Positions 50,327 to 63,604 of a DNA stretch of 64,000 nt are shown here, piece after piece (position 1 is the first letter of the stretch; each line of letters opens with the position of its first letter). The DNA comes from Camelus ferus (taxonomy: Eukaryota): positions 89,778,001 to 89,842,000 of the forward strand of contig NC_045697.1 of assembly GCF_009834535.1 (NCBI RefSeq), given 5' to 3'. The position numbers and the translations under genes were made by a program. The notes under the pieces are model-generated. The model was not told the origin of the DNA. It was given only the letters and a program-made list of their open reading frames with translations, and did not search any database.

Positions 50327-51560
50327 CATGTGTGTGTTTCCCAGCTCCTTTGAAAGAAGCAGAATAGCCCGGAAGAGCCTAGAAGCAACGATACACCATT
50401 AGCAATACGGACATCTTGAGCTCAGATGTTGATTTTTTAAAGTATTATTTTCCACTTAAAGGAAAAGACTCCTTGAAGAAATGGCCAGTTTCAACCTAGT
50501 AATTAAGTAGAATTTACCAGCTGGAGTTTGTACCTTAGGTACACATTTTAAGCTGTGTGACCTTGAGCAGGTTATATAATATATATCTGCCACAATTTCC
50601 TCAGTTATAAAAATGAAAATCATTGTAACAGTTAACACTTAAATAACCTTTTACTATTTGCCATGCACTGTTGTAAGATCATTTCTGTCTTATTAGCTTC
50701 TTGTGAGAAAGTTGGTAACATGAAATGCATAAATTATACATTAAATGATATATTGTGTTTATATATAAATGTATTACAAATATAATTTACAAAAATATAT
50801 AAAAATCATGACATAATATATTTATTTTCTTATACTTCAGAAAAATTTTGCAAGTCAAGAAAATTCTATTAATGCCACAGAGGAAAATAGCAAAGGAGAT
50901 AAAAAAAAACTTTACATATAATAAATAAAAATGACTAAAATAAGTAGGGGGAAAGCTTAAACTGACTAAAATCAAAGGAATACAATTAAAATGAGTTCTA
51001 ATGTGTCATTTTCAACTTAACAAATATTAAAACAAAATAATAAAGATTAAAAGCTAGTCACTGTTAATGACGGTTCTTGTTAACAGTATGTTAAGTATTA
51101 GGCAGGACTCTAAATTGGTACAAATTTCCAGGCAGTTCATGTGGGGACCTCAAAAATGTGTATATAATTTTGCCTAAGTAATTCTATTTCTTAGAATTTA
51201 TCCTAACTAAATAATCATGGTTTGTACAAAGACATAGTTGTAATGATGTTTTCCCCAGCATCGTTTATATTATCAAAAAAATTGTAAACAACCCAAATGT
51301 TCCACAATGAAGGGAAATTAATGATTAAACATCTATATAATGAAACATCATGCAACCATTACTGATTATGTTAAAGGAATTACATTCTTTGTACATTTTA
51401 ACATTTTAAATTATTAGATTAAATTTTAAAAATACAATCCCAGTTTTAAATGTGTGTTCTATAATTTTAAAAAATACTAGAAATCTATACATCACAAAGT
51501 CAAAAGTATTTATCTCTAGATCATAGTTTTAGAATGACTTTCCCTTTTGGGTATGTGCAT
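48880..51560 (+). mobile_element. Old L1 3' fragments (L1MC/ME-type), interrupted by AT-rich, (TG)n and MIR sequence
   Basis: AAAATATTTGCAACATATGTCACAGATAAAGG; AGAGAAATGCAAATTAAAACTAC; AAACAACCCAAATGT. Confidence 0.7.
50287..50337. repeat. (TG)n microsatellite
   Basis: Direct reading. Confidence 0.9.
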
Positions 51561-51689
51561 TTTAAAAATGCTTATAGTATTCCTTTTCTATTGTAACAGA
51601 TGTCTAACTTTTGACAGAAATAAGAAAAGATACAAAAAGAGGTTTAAATTATGAATACTAGACTAAAAGTAAGAGTCTTCAGAAAAACA

Positions 51690-51870
51690 AACTCATGATT
51701 CTAACATCTCCTCTTGTTAATCATAATACAATTAACTTGCTCCATCAACTTTAAATTGGTATAGAGCATCTTTTTAGAGAGCTACCTTAATTGAGGAAAA
51801 GGAACTGAGTAGCTTGAAACCAATTTTCAGGTATTCTAAGGAGAACTCAGTCTATTTCAGTGTTTTGAGC
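51690..51870 (-). pseudogene. Decayed exon, repeat region
   Basis: LKTLK*TEFSLEYL...KDALYQFKVDGA resembles VWA3A LKAKKLSLYQVL...EKAMIQFEWHDGT. TTTTATTAG acceptor. Confidence 0.45.
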
Positions 51871-54702
51871 CTAATAAAACTATTCCTAAAGATTACAGAA
51901 CCAGTTTTGGAGTTGCTATTTTCTAAATCGTACAATCGTAACAAGTCACTAAGCTTGAATTACTAGAAATTGCCTTTATCTAACAAGAAAACTTTAAGAA
52001 TAAGCCAATACTGAGTCTTAAAATGAGACAAATGAGCATAGAAAGTCAGATCACATTACTACTTTTCTGAAAAACTATTCCAGTGATTGGATAAACTTAG
52101 CTCAGTATAATGTAAGTATAAAACCCAGAATAAGGATTTGTTTGGTTTTTTTTAGCGAAATGAATTTGCATCGCCTATTTATAGAAGTTGTCAAAAGGAC
52201 TGGGGAACTGGAAAAATAAATATAAACAAAAGGTATGATAAATAGCAGCGTAACAAGCTGGGGTGAAGGAGACAGTAGACAGAGCCAAAAGGATTAAGAG
52301 TGGATCTGGTTATATTTAGCATCTTCAGTAATTATATGAAACCAATAAAAATATGGTGTAACTGAAAGTCTCTGAGAATATATAGAATATACAAGTATTT
52401 ATAAATGTATTTATAACATATAAATATATATTTACATCTGTTCATACACATGTATGTCCAAGGAGGTATGCTGAGATATAAGGGAGACACAAGTTTAAAG
52501 GAAACAAAGTTTTAAAGAAGACTAAATCCTAGATGAAAATGCCACTTAGCAGCTGTGGAAGCTTGAAAACTTAACCATCCTAATATACAATATCTTATTA
52601 CAATTTGTTCTTTGTTTATCAATACCTTGTATTAAGCTTTTCTTTGCTACTTGAAGAGGTGACTATTTGATTTGAGAAATTTTTCTCATATTTTTACAAG
52701 GCATCATATAACATGTCTTGGGTAATGAGATTGTTCCACTGAGAAAATGCCAAAGTTCATGGTCATTAATTCTAAGTTCCTAATATGATTCCTCCACTAG
52801 AAAAAAAAAATTAGGAATTCTAAGCAGGATTTACTCTATTTACCAGAATATTGCCTCCATGAGGACAGAATTTTGGGCTTTTGCTTGCTGCTATATACCT
52901 AGTAGAATTTGATATTCTGTTTTATACATTATTTAATAACATTACTTTTCTGCTAGATTATTGTGTTACTCTCTGTTCGTATCTCGTGCTTAACATCTCT
53001 TTACAGTCTTTGTTGTAAAGCAAAACAATCAAATATAAAAGAAGAAATTTATATTTTAATGTTTTAATACCCTTTAGTCTTGAAATACTCCTAAACTTCT
53101 TTATAGTTACAAGGCACCTAATATTTTAATGGAGGATTTAATAATTTTAATAATGCCTACACAGTTCAAAGTACCTGAATGACTAAAACAATGAGTAGCG
53201 GCATTTTAGGCAAGTGTAATATGTGACTACTGATGATGTTCCAAACTATATCCAACTGGTGATATTTTCTTAAAAAAATTAAAGCTAGGGTAGACTGTTA
53301 CATTATCTCAGAGAAACAAAAAGGTTACACATAGAAAACTGACACCTCTTGGTCTGTGGAAAATTACAGTCTTCATCATCAAGAGTGATGATGCCAACAA
53401 GAACGTAAGTCACAGCATCCATATATGGAAATACTCCCAGGTTCTGGGGACAGGGCTAAATCCTAGTAACATCCCTAATCCTCCCAACATGAGGACTGGG
53501 TACAATTAATCCCATTTTGAAGCCCAGTAACCCAAGTAAAGATTATGTAACTCACTCAAATATGGAGTGGTACATGAATTAAATTTGGACATGTTTAATC
53601 CCAAAGCCCATATCCTTTCACTCTTTATCCTGCCAACAGAATTAAGGACGTTAGAGGAGCAGAAGAGGCACTTAAAAGTTTTTGCAAACTCTACAACAAT
53701 AAAAGAAATGATAAAAAATAAATTAAGGGAAGCTTACAATTTCATCTTAAGTTCTGATGCATTCCTTTTGATTCAGTTTAGGATAGTGTTCTGTATTTTT
53801 CTAGGAAGATAAACTAGATATCCAGTTTCTTGTAGTAAAATCTCACATATTTTGATTTAGGAGCATCCTGATTTCAGAAACAATGATTAATCCTTCTTAG
53901 CTCATTCACATAATCTTTATTTACTCTCAGTAATTAAATGAAAATTCCTTTAAAAAGTCTTTGTTTAACTAACTCTTAAAGTTTATCCTTATAGCCTTAC
54001 AGTCTTTAATCTTGATTCCATAATAATTTACACAGCTACTGATCAATAATTACAATTAATAGGAAGTAAAATTATCTTTAAAACATCTCTTTACCAATTA
54101 TTTTATATACTTTCATAGCAAAGAAAAATATTATTTCATGTCATTCATTCATGGGTTAGTTTTTCTAAATTTTGAAAATTATTTTTTGAAAAGCTGTCAA
54201 AATATAGATATTAGTGATATCGTGAAAAAAATTAAAACTTAGTAAGTATTTCATAATAATATTGTTCTTTCAAAAGTTTTTAGGCTCTATTATCTTACTA
54301 CTTTCCCATAATCTGGGCCTACATTTATTATAATAAAATTAGAATTTATTATTAATTAGAATAGAAAAACAAACCAAGTCATCTGGTGTGAGTTTCCCTT
54401 TTTAATTTGCACTCTTATGTCCATTTCAATAAAAGGCTGCTGAATAAAAACTCTAAAGTCAGTCACACTGTCATTTCTTCCAAAAAATATAAAGAGAGGG
54501 AGCATAATCATTCTTTAAAGAACTAGCTATTGGTAGAAAGCTTTGTTTTAAGTTTCTGATGTGTTGTCAACATTTGGCTTTAATTACAAACTCTTTTAAT
54601 GTGCTTTAGATTTTGAATTAACATTAAATATTGAACTCACGCTATGATTAGTTGGTTTACAACTTCCCAGGCTTAGGAAAATTTAAATAAAACTCCCTTT
54701 AC

Positions 54703-54922
54703 AAACTAGATGAACACCATCCAAGAGATGCTTCTGATACACCATGGAAAGAGAAGTTGTCTTGAAGTTCTCTGTAAACACAGGTGTAGTACACTGAGGA
54801 AGAAGACCTTCCAGAAAATTCTATCCAACTTTTGATTAGCCTGCAACTAACCAGATGTTGCCAGGATAGAATCTCCAACTTCCTTTGCACACTCCTCTGG
54901 TTAGTAACAAAGCAGTTCTGAA
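54703..54922 (-). pseudogene. Decayed exon, WL..HGL repeat
   Basis: ILATSG*LQANQKLDR has TAG at the position of the repeat's conserved Trp, then after a frameshift FLEGLLPQCTTPVF. TTTCTAG acceptor. Confidence 0.55.
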
Positions 54923-55089
54923 CTAGAAAGCCATGTGATGTCACATCCTAAATACATAATTTTTGCTAGTCCTATCAGCTCTTCAGTAGCTTCATTAACG
55001 CTAGAGTAAATATAAACATTACATCGTTCTTAATGCAGTAAAAATATCCCAACCCCCCAAATCAATTCCAACTTTATAATGTACCTTAC

Positions 55090-55449
55090 CTTGACTTTAT
55101 TGTTAATTTTAATGAATTCTATAAAGAAACAAAGTGTCAACATTGTAAACTGTCACTGATTGTTATATAGTCACATTCTGGATTTCTGGTTCATCTATTT
55201 TGCTCCTATATTTGAAAATACACAGCAACACAGGTCTACACTTCTCTGCTTTCTGATGTCTTAAATGATAAACAGATCAGCTTGCTTGTACATAGCATGT
55301 CTCACTTTAAACAGATGATGTGGCGAACCATCTGTTCCAAGGAAATGATCTTATAATAAGGCAGACTGCATGCAACATTTTTAAAAATGATGTTTCTTTC
55401 TTCTAACAATTAATATGATTTTTTGATCAATCTTCCAGATGAAAAAAAG
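55090..55449 (-). pseudogene. Decayed exon, vWA domain
   Basis: LLEERNIIFKNVACS...LEQMVRHIICLK*DML..SKLICLSF resembles VWA3A EKRVVVLLDIS / LQQVKTELVLLIWEQL / EKLFVLSF. CAG acceptor, AG|GTAAGG donor. Confidence 0.55.
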
Positions 55450-56006
55450 CTGAAATATAGTCCAACATTTCCTTCTCCATGTTAAATATAAAATACTTTA
55501 CATTTTACATTTTAACTTGTTTCAGTAATCCTGTCTAATTGGGTGAAAATAAGAACAGCCTCTTAGAAATACAGATCCACGTCATGGGACAGGAAGTCAT
55601 TCTGGAAGAGATTTCCCCAGTAAACGTCAGAACACTCCCAAACATTGAGAGTAAGGCAGATCTGGTAGGCGGTATTGATAGCATCCCCACCCGTGTCACA
55701 CATGGGGGAAATTACTCACTCTCTCGGTGCTTCAGGTTCTTTAGCAACAAAGTAGGAGTACCCGCTCTATTAGTTTTATATTGCATAAAAAACTGCCACA
55801 GACTTACAGGCTTAAGACAATACCCATTTTAGTACATTACCTGGCACCTATTACATGGTAAATAGAGATCGTTATTATTTCTATTATTATTGAAGGTTTA
55901 TTTGGATTTAGGGACTGAAAAAGAAGTAAACATAGAATTAAGCAGTCACAGTGCTTAAGTGTGATTCATGTAATCAATGATGTGGTGTGAGATTTATTTT
56001 CTAAAA

Positions 56007-56240
56007 CAGGGGTTTGGAAACTTTTCCTCCAAAGGGCCAGATAGTATAGTAAATATTTTAGCCTTTGTAGGCCATATGGTCTTTATCTTAACTCCTTAAC
56101 TTTTCTACAGTTGAAGCATGAAAGCAGCCTTAGTAAATACATAAATGAACAGGGGTGGCTATGTTCCAACAAAACTTTATTTACAAAAACAGGCAGCAGA
56201 CCAGATTTGGCCTTAGGGCTATACCTTGCCCATACTTCTT
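56007..56240. mobile_element. MER58A (hAT-Charlie)
   Basis: CAGGGGTT.G.AAACTTTT...AAAGGGCCAGATAGTA...AAAACAGGCAGCAG.CCAGATTTGGCC. Confidence 0.85.
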
Positions 56241-56759
56241 CTGAAAGAAGGGATAATAGAGGAATGTCTTCACTAGTTTCTGATTTTATCTGTACTAATT
56301 AACCTTCTATGGAAAAGCTATTATGTCGATAGATCTTCACCAAATAACCAATTATCTAAAGCATGGGCTTTGTAATTCATGGTTCTATCATAATTAGTTT
56401 GGGGGAAATAGTTTTTGAGGAGAAAAAAAAAAAACAGGAGAAGCTTAAAGATGTTAGTTTTTGCTCCTTTTTGCTGGCCAGAAATAAATTACTAAAATTC
56501 CACTGAGGCATTTTTCCCCACCTAGAAGCTATAGATTAAAAGTTGTCTTTTATATTTCTTCCTAAGGTGTGTGACAATGAGTCACTGGGACTGTTTGACA
56601 GGTAAAGAAGAACAAAATTACACCAAAAACAGAACCAAAGTCATGCTCTCATTCTATGTTAGAATCCTCTTCACACATACACACAAAATGTTCTGTGGTT
56701 TCCAGGCATTTTTCTTTGAGTTCTCTTGTTGGTTATAAAATCTGATTTGATGATGTTGT

Positions 56760-57838
56760 TCAAAATCAAAACAAAACAACCTATGGAATGGGAGAAAATA
56801 TTTGCAAATGATGCAACTGAAAAAGGCTCAATTTCTAGAAAATACAAACAGCTCACACAACTTAATGACGACAACAACAAAAAACAAACAACCCAATCCA
56901 AAAATAGGCAGAAGATCTAAACAAGTAATTCTCCAGTGAAGACATACAAATGGCCAATAGGCACATGAAAAAATGCTCAATATAACTAATTATCAGAGAA
57001 ATGCAAATCAAAACTACAATGAGGTATCACCTCACACTGGTCAGAATGGCCATCATTCAAAAGTCCACAAATGATAAATGCTGGTGAGGGTGTGGAGAAA
57101 ATGGAACCCTCCAGCACTGCTGGTGGAAATGTAGTTTGGTGCAGCCACTATGGAAAACAGTACAGAGATTCCTCAAAAAACTAAAAACAGAGTTAAAACC
57201 ATAGGATCCAGCAACTCCTGGGCATATATCCAGAGGACACTCTAATTTTAAAAGATACATGTGCCCCAGTGTTCATAGCAGCACTATATACAATAGCCAA
57301 GATACGGAAGCAACCTAAATGTCCATTAACAGAAGACTGGATAAAGAAGCTGTGGTATATTTATGCAATAAATACTACTGAATACTACTCAGCCATAAAA
57401 AGGAATAAAATAATGCATTTGCAACAACATTTGCATGGACCTAGAGACTGTCAAGTGAAGTAAGCCAGACAGAGAAAGAAAAATACCATATGATACCACT
57501 CATATGTAGAATCTAAAAAAAAAAGAAAAAAGTAGACACTAATGACCTTATCCACAAAACAGAAACAGACTCACAGACATAGTAAACTTATGGTTACTGG
57601 GGGGAAAGGGACAAATTGGGAGCTCGAGATTTGCAAATATTAGCTACTATACACAAAATAGATAAACACATTTCTTCTGTATAGCATAGAGAACTATATT
57701 CAATATCTTGTAGTAACCTATAATGAAAAAGAATATGAAAATGAATATATGTATGTATGTGTATGATTGAAACATTTTATGATGTACACCAAAAGTTGAC
57801 ATATTGTACACTGAGTATACTTTGATAAAAAACAAAAA
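56760..57838 (+). mobile_element. Relatively young 5'-truncated L1 (ORF2 end + 3' UTR + A tail)
   Basis: [31 protein letters not shown]; 3' UTR GAACTATATTCAATATCTTGTAGTAACCTATAATGAAAAAGAATATG. Confidence 0.92.
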
Positions 57839-57947
57839 ATTTATTGCTAAAAAATGCTATCATCTGACAATACATGATGGCCACAAACGTTCAATTTGTA
57901 AAAAACACAATATCTTCAAAACACAATAAAAAGCCATATGCTTGTAT
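57839..57947. mobile_element. Internally deleted Tigger1-derived segment
   Basis: TTTATTGCTAAAAAATGCTA..CATCTGACAA...TTCAATTTGTAAAAAAC.CAATATCT...TATGCTTGTA; the first part is similar to 13071-13102. Confidence 0.65.
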
Positions 57948-58862
57948 AAAAAACAAAACAAAACAAATTAGTCAACCAGAGATAGAATCACTTCAATTTG
58001 TCTTATTCAGTTTATATTGACATTGATATATGTATTTACTTCTTTTATACATTTGATTTGACTAATTGAAACTATCTGATTAGGGTTTTTCCCCCTGCTT
58101 CTTTCTTAGCATTTAGCAAAGTCCAAGGCAGAGTGGGGATAATAAAAAGTAAAGTGAACATTAAACTTAGTTTTGTCAGATGTTTGCAATAGTTAAGTCT
58201 GTGTTTGGAGTACAGGAAAACTGGGGCTAAATTCCATCATGTTTAAAATTACTAAAAACAGTATATTAGTTTGTTCTGAAGGAATGTATAATTTTAATTG
58301 GAAGGGCATTAAAAGTAGTACACTCTCCTAGGAATCCTTATGTGTTCATTTAATTGTAGAAAAAAGGGACTTTATTGACAAGTTCTGGGGTTTTTTTTTA
58401 ACAATAGTTATGTTGATTGGTACATGAACTGTTGAAATATAATCATAAACATTTTAATCATGGACACAGCAGATTTTTATTTACATTCTTTACTTATTTT
58501 AAAACAGTTACTCTCACAATAGCTTATTTAATTAAAATGTTCTTCTGTTAATCATACATAAAACAGCAGTGCCCTAAGCATCTCAGGCCTCAAAATGGGG
58601 CTTTGGAGAAAATACTACAAAAATTATAGTGAGGAATGAAAAATCACCCCTAGAAGTGAGCCTTAGTAGGTAAAAATCAAAGGTCTATTTTTATTTATTT
58701 TTCTAACAAACAGAAGAAAGGGTACATGGACAATGGCACTGTAAGAGACCAGGGATCGGGGTGGGGGGGGGGGGAGAAAGGGAAGACTTGGACCAGTTAA
58801 CAAGCTAAGCTACTTGCTTTATAAAAGTTTTAGGCATGATTCCTCTACTCCTGTTTTTTAAC

Positions 58863-59191
58863 CTCTGACACAAATAAAATGCATCACATGCAATCCCTCT
58901 GGCCCTTTAGCCACATATCCAAATGCTGTAGTGATACTTTGAAAACTGATATGGAGTGTCCTATGCTACCCACCAACTTGAAAGGACTGGCCTTTCAAAA
59001 TGTTTGCTTTTATTCTAAGCTAAAAATAATAAAATAATGGGCTGAGCACAGTTTCAAATTGAACGGAACCATCAGGAGACTGCTTTAAATTAAACATGAG
59101 CCGCTCCAAATGCAGCCAGCATGAAGAGATAAGAGTTCACGCACCTCTGAGAGAGCCTTCACACACAACAAACCCCTTCTTGTTTACATGC
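58863..59191 (-). pseudogene. Decayed exon, VWA3 WL..HGL repeat leading into vWA
   Basis: TLISSCWLHLERLMFNLKQ resembles VWA3B SLISSEKWLQLHGLKSNKLTLKQ. Downstream: SIGHSISVFKVSLQHLDMWLKGQRDCM*CILF. Confidence 0.55.
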
Positions 59192-59371
59192 CTATTAGGA
59201 GTTCCCAGCAGCTGAAATTATTTCACTCAATTTGATTCCATCCTCATTCTCCATGGCTCATTTACCAATCCCTATACAGGGCTATTCATGTTCCTTGGGA
59301 GAAAGTGAAGGTGAATGTTGTATTTAGAAAGGCAAAAAGCAGACAAAAAGGATTTTAACAATTGCTGCTAC

Positions 59372-59526
59372 CATTTAGATTTCACAATTCTCCCAAGACT
59401 ATCCTCTCTATCTGAAGCTAAGCGCACTTGAGTTCCTTATTTCAAAGTCCCAATGACCAGCGTCAAAGTGGATCGAGGACAATGCTTCAAACAGGGCAAA
59501 GCAGCCAGATTCCCAGGTCTGAGGTT
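59372..59526 (-). pseudogene. Decayed exon, DUF4537-like C-terminal half
   Basis: AG/GT bounded. NLRPGNLAALPC...LVIGTLK*GTQVRL resembles the L(Q/R)(V/P)GD.VLA motif of DUF4537. Confidence 0.45.
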
Positions 59527-60520
59527 CTATTATCATAAGTGAGGCCAGTTAAGAGTTTTGCCAGTTATATATGATAAGAATATTTAGCTTATTTAGTACT
59601 GTTTCCTACTTTTATAACCCAGTCTTTGCTTATTTGTTTGCTACTTGCACAATCTTAGTGGTTTGGATGAAGAATTTGCTTTATTATTAAAGCATAACTT
59701 ATCATAATAAGTAAGTGTAGTTAAATCAATAGCTGCTTTTGGCAAAACTAATATATACTGTTAAAAATGAGAATAGCATATAAACTTTGGGGTGAGTAGT
59801 ACCTGAAAGAGAACATTGGGGAGATTTCAGAGACTTCTGAGGACTCGAACACAGTGCTGACATCATGGGTGTATTCTAATAGAATGTATCATTCTGGACA
59901 CTTGGATTTGTGCACATTTTGCGTTTGTTTTACCTTAGTAAAAAGTTTACTTAAAAATCAATAAATCATTTTGATTTATGTCAAAACATGTTATACAATG
60001 TGCTAGAGAATGAAAAGTAAAACTCTGTATGTTATGTCACCTGTAGTCCACTGTCAAATTCTGATGGTGACAGAAGACACACCTATTTCTTCATTAAAGT
60101 TCTTCCAATAGTTTGCCTTTAAGCAGGATGTAGGCTTTTGGATTAACATAGAGTAATTAAAGAATTACTCTTTGTTCTTGTTTTTTAAAATGAGAAATGC
60201 ATACTTATAGGATATTATAAATAAACCAAGGTGTTTATATATAACATATATAATATGTTCATATAGTAAAATGTTATTTATTTTAAATATATATAACATG
60301 TTTATATATAACATACATATAAACATATGTATGCAATGTTACATATATACCGTTTCTCACACACACACACATACACCCAAACACACATATACACACATTA
60401 CTCCAGGTATAGACAAGTCCCTGTAACTGGTTTTGCATGTATATTTTTGATGTAGCATAGTACATCTCATAAATGTATCATATCTATGTTAGGGACTATA
60501 ACTTCTCAAAATAAAGTTAC

Positions 60521-60770
60521 CTATCTGTCTCAATTAAAGCTAACAACCTTCAATTTTGCTTAACTTCCACTCAGTCATTTGGGCTTAATTAGAAATGGAG
60601 GTATTAAACAGAGAAGGATCAGACATTAACACTGAAGTCATCACTGAACTGGGACAGTGATGAGAGACAGTTGATGTACAGAAGGCTCTTAAAACAAACT
60701 TTCTATAAATGTCAAGGAAATATGCCAAAACATACAACTTTCCTCCCAGAAAAATGATACTTGTAGAAAT
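60521..60770 (-). pseudogene. Decayed exon, DUF4537-like N-terminal half
   Basis: FSGRKVVCF...LSQFSDDFSVNV resembles VWA3B LKGQKVIAR...LVGFSYGDTKVV. GTAACT donor; several stops. Confidence 0.4.
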
Positions 60771-61244
60771 ATAATGATTTGCAAAGAATGTTTAACTCCT
60801 ATATAATAAGAAGCAGCTATAATTGTGATATAATTATAATTGTGAATGCTGTGTATCCCTATATTCTACTAAATTTCTATAACATGTAAAATTTCTTTTA
60901 AAGATGGCATAAAATTGTTCAGATCTCGTAATTCATTCTTTTCTGATATATGATAAAAAGAAATTTGTAAAACATGGTTTGCTAAATGAAACAAATGCTT
61001 GAATTTAAAATGAAAAATGCTTTCTTAATTACTTAATTTATATTGCTGAATGTGGAATATCCAGAATCATTGTGACAAAAAATGCTATAAATGTACTAGT
61101 TAATTTAATACACTGATTCATTTAACATGAGAATGAAATATAATGAAACCATCATGGAAGGAAGTGTGAATGAAAAGTGAAATTATGGCTCTAAAATTTT
61201 ATATATTTAACTTGGAAAAAAAGGCAAACTATATTAACCCAACT

Positions 61245-61447
61245 TTTAACAAAGAGTGCTGTTGTACAAAATAAATGCTCTACAGTAGAATATTTCTTCT
61301 AAAATTTTCATTCATGTTGAAGGTTAACTTGATGTTTTCATGACAGTAAGCCTATGCATCCATTAAAATCTCCAATATTTACTGAGAAAAATTCTAGGCT
61401 ACCCAAACGAAAGAAGCCCAGTATTGTCCAAAATAGAAAAACTATCT
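61245..61447 (-). pseudogene. Decayed exon, end of vWA module
   Basis: SLEFFSVNIGDFNG, then after a frameshift MKILEEIFYCRAFIL, resembling VWA3A AVEFLRKLASFTGG...LRILAQEITKARSFL. AG acceptor. Confidence 0.5.
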
Positions 61448-62264
61448 CTACATTTTGATTGTTACGTAAAAATGCATGCAACAATGGGGGCAGGAAGTAA
61501 TAAATATTTACAACTATTGAGTGAGTAAAACTCAGTAGATGATGTGTTTTAAATCAATCTATCAGGATGGTATGAATTGAATCATAATTTAAATAAAACA
61601 TCAAATAAACTTAAAAGTAAAATCATGTATTGAACGCTCACAACTTGTCAGGACCATGCTGGTCATGCTGCAGGCATCACAATTTGTCCTCACAATGAAC
61701 CATGAGTTTAGTACTGTTATTTTTCCCATATTCTACATGAGAAAACTGAGGGTTAGAAAGATTAGGTATTTCACTCATGTTTACAAAGGCAGAAATTTTT
61801 AGTGTCTGGCCTTGAACCCAGGCAGTCTAACTTTACAGCTTTTGCTTTGAACTCTATTTCAAGATGTATTCAGACTTTGCTATGACAAGATCAAGTATTC
61901 TTTAAACTATCTGACTGTATTTACACACTTAGCAATAGAAATGCTCTAGAACAATTTTGTCTGATTTTATGTATTTGGTCAAATAAATATTTAATCATAA
62001 AGGAATCTGGATATATAGAATTCAACAGATGTCTTGTATAAACTGTGTAAAACACAACAAAATACTTTATTTAATGTCAATAATTAAAAGTGCACAGTTC
62101 CCAGCTTTTAATTTTGTAGGGAGAAAATAACAAAGATATTTAAAAAACCAAACTTATCTGATGATTCCATGAGAAATAATTTAAGAGAAAAACAACAATG
62201 ACAATAATATGTGGAAGAAATTCCTTCTTAAAAAATATGATTTGCCCCAAAATATGATGATATT

Positions 62265-63197
62265 CCCCCAAAATGGGCAGAAGACCTAAACAGACATTTC
62301 TCCAATGAAGAAATCCAGATGGCCAACAGGCACATGAAAAGATGCTCAATATTGCTAATTATTAGAGAAATTCAAATCAAAACTACAATGAGGTATCACC
62401 TCAGACTGGCCAGAATGGCCATCATTAAAAGCCCACAAACAATAAATGCTGGAGAGGGTATGGAGAAAAAGGAACTCTCCTGCACTGTTGGTGGGAATGT
62501 AAATTGGTACAGCCATTATGGAAACAGTATGGAGATGCCCTATAAAACTAAAAATAGAGTTACCATATGAATCAGCAATCCCACTCCTGGGCATGTACCT
62601 AGAGAAAACTCTAATGCAAAAACATACATGCACCCCGATGTTCATAGCAGCACTATTTACAATAGCCAAGGCATGGAAGCAACCTAAATGTCCACTGAAA
62701 GACAAATGGATAAAGAAGGTGTGATGTGTGCGTGTGTGTAAAGGAATACTACTCAGCCCCAAAAATGAATGAAATAATGCCACATGCAGCAACAGGGATG
62801 GATCTAGAAATTACCATACTAAATGAAGTAAATCAAACAGAAAGACAAATATCACATGATACCACTTATATGTGGAATCTAAAAAAATGATACAAATATC
62901 CTATTGACAAAATAGAAAGAGACTCACTGACATAGAAAACAAATTTATGGTTACCGAAGGGAAACTAGTAGGGGAGGGATAAATTACGAGTTTAGGATTA
63001 GCAGATACAAACTCCTATACATAAAACAGAAAACTAGGTCCTACTGTATAGCAGAGGGAACTACATTCAATATCTTGTCATAACCTATAATGAAAAAGAA
63101 TATATGTATATGTATAACTGAATCACTATGCAATACACCAGGAACTAACACAATGTTGTAAATAAGCTATACTTCAATAAAAAAAATGTAAAAAAAG
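62265..63197 (+). mobile_element. Relatively young 5'-truncated L1 (ORF2 end + 3' UTR + A tail)
   Basis: [48 protein letters not shown]; ends CTATACTTCAATAAAAAAAA. Confidence 0.93.
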
Positions 63198-63604
63198 ACG
63201 ATTGAAAACAACTATTCATAAATGTTGCCAAATGTAACTTAATGTTTCAGTCAGTGAAAAAAATGAATGGACGAGGATAAATATCAACAAAACTCTGCAT
63301 AATGTTATTTTCCAATTACCAAATTTTATATTTTAGTTATTCTAATGTCTTAGTAGCACAGGTTAGATGGACTCTGAACCAGAAAAAGATAAGTAGAAAG
63401 TACCAGAAACTAATAAAAAGGATTAGAGATTTTAATCTGTTAAGTAGCGTTACAGTGTTGCTTTCCCTTATTTGGTAAAATTCATGTAGTTTTATTTACA
63501 AGGCACAGAGTGTTTTTTTTAGCACTTATTTTTTGGCTCTGGGAATTTTTCCTTAAATAAACCTGATGTACATCACAGTCCTCTTCTGTAAGCTGAAAAC
63601 TTAC

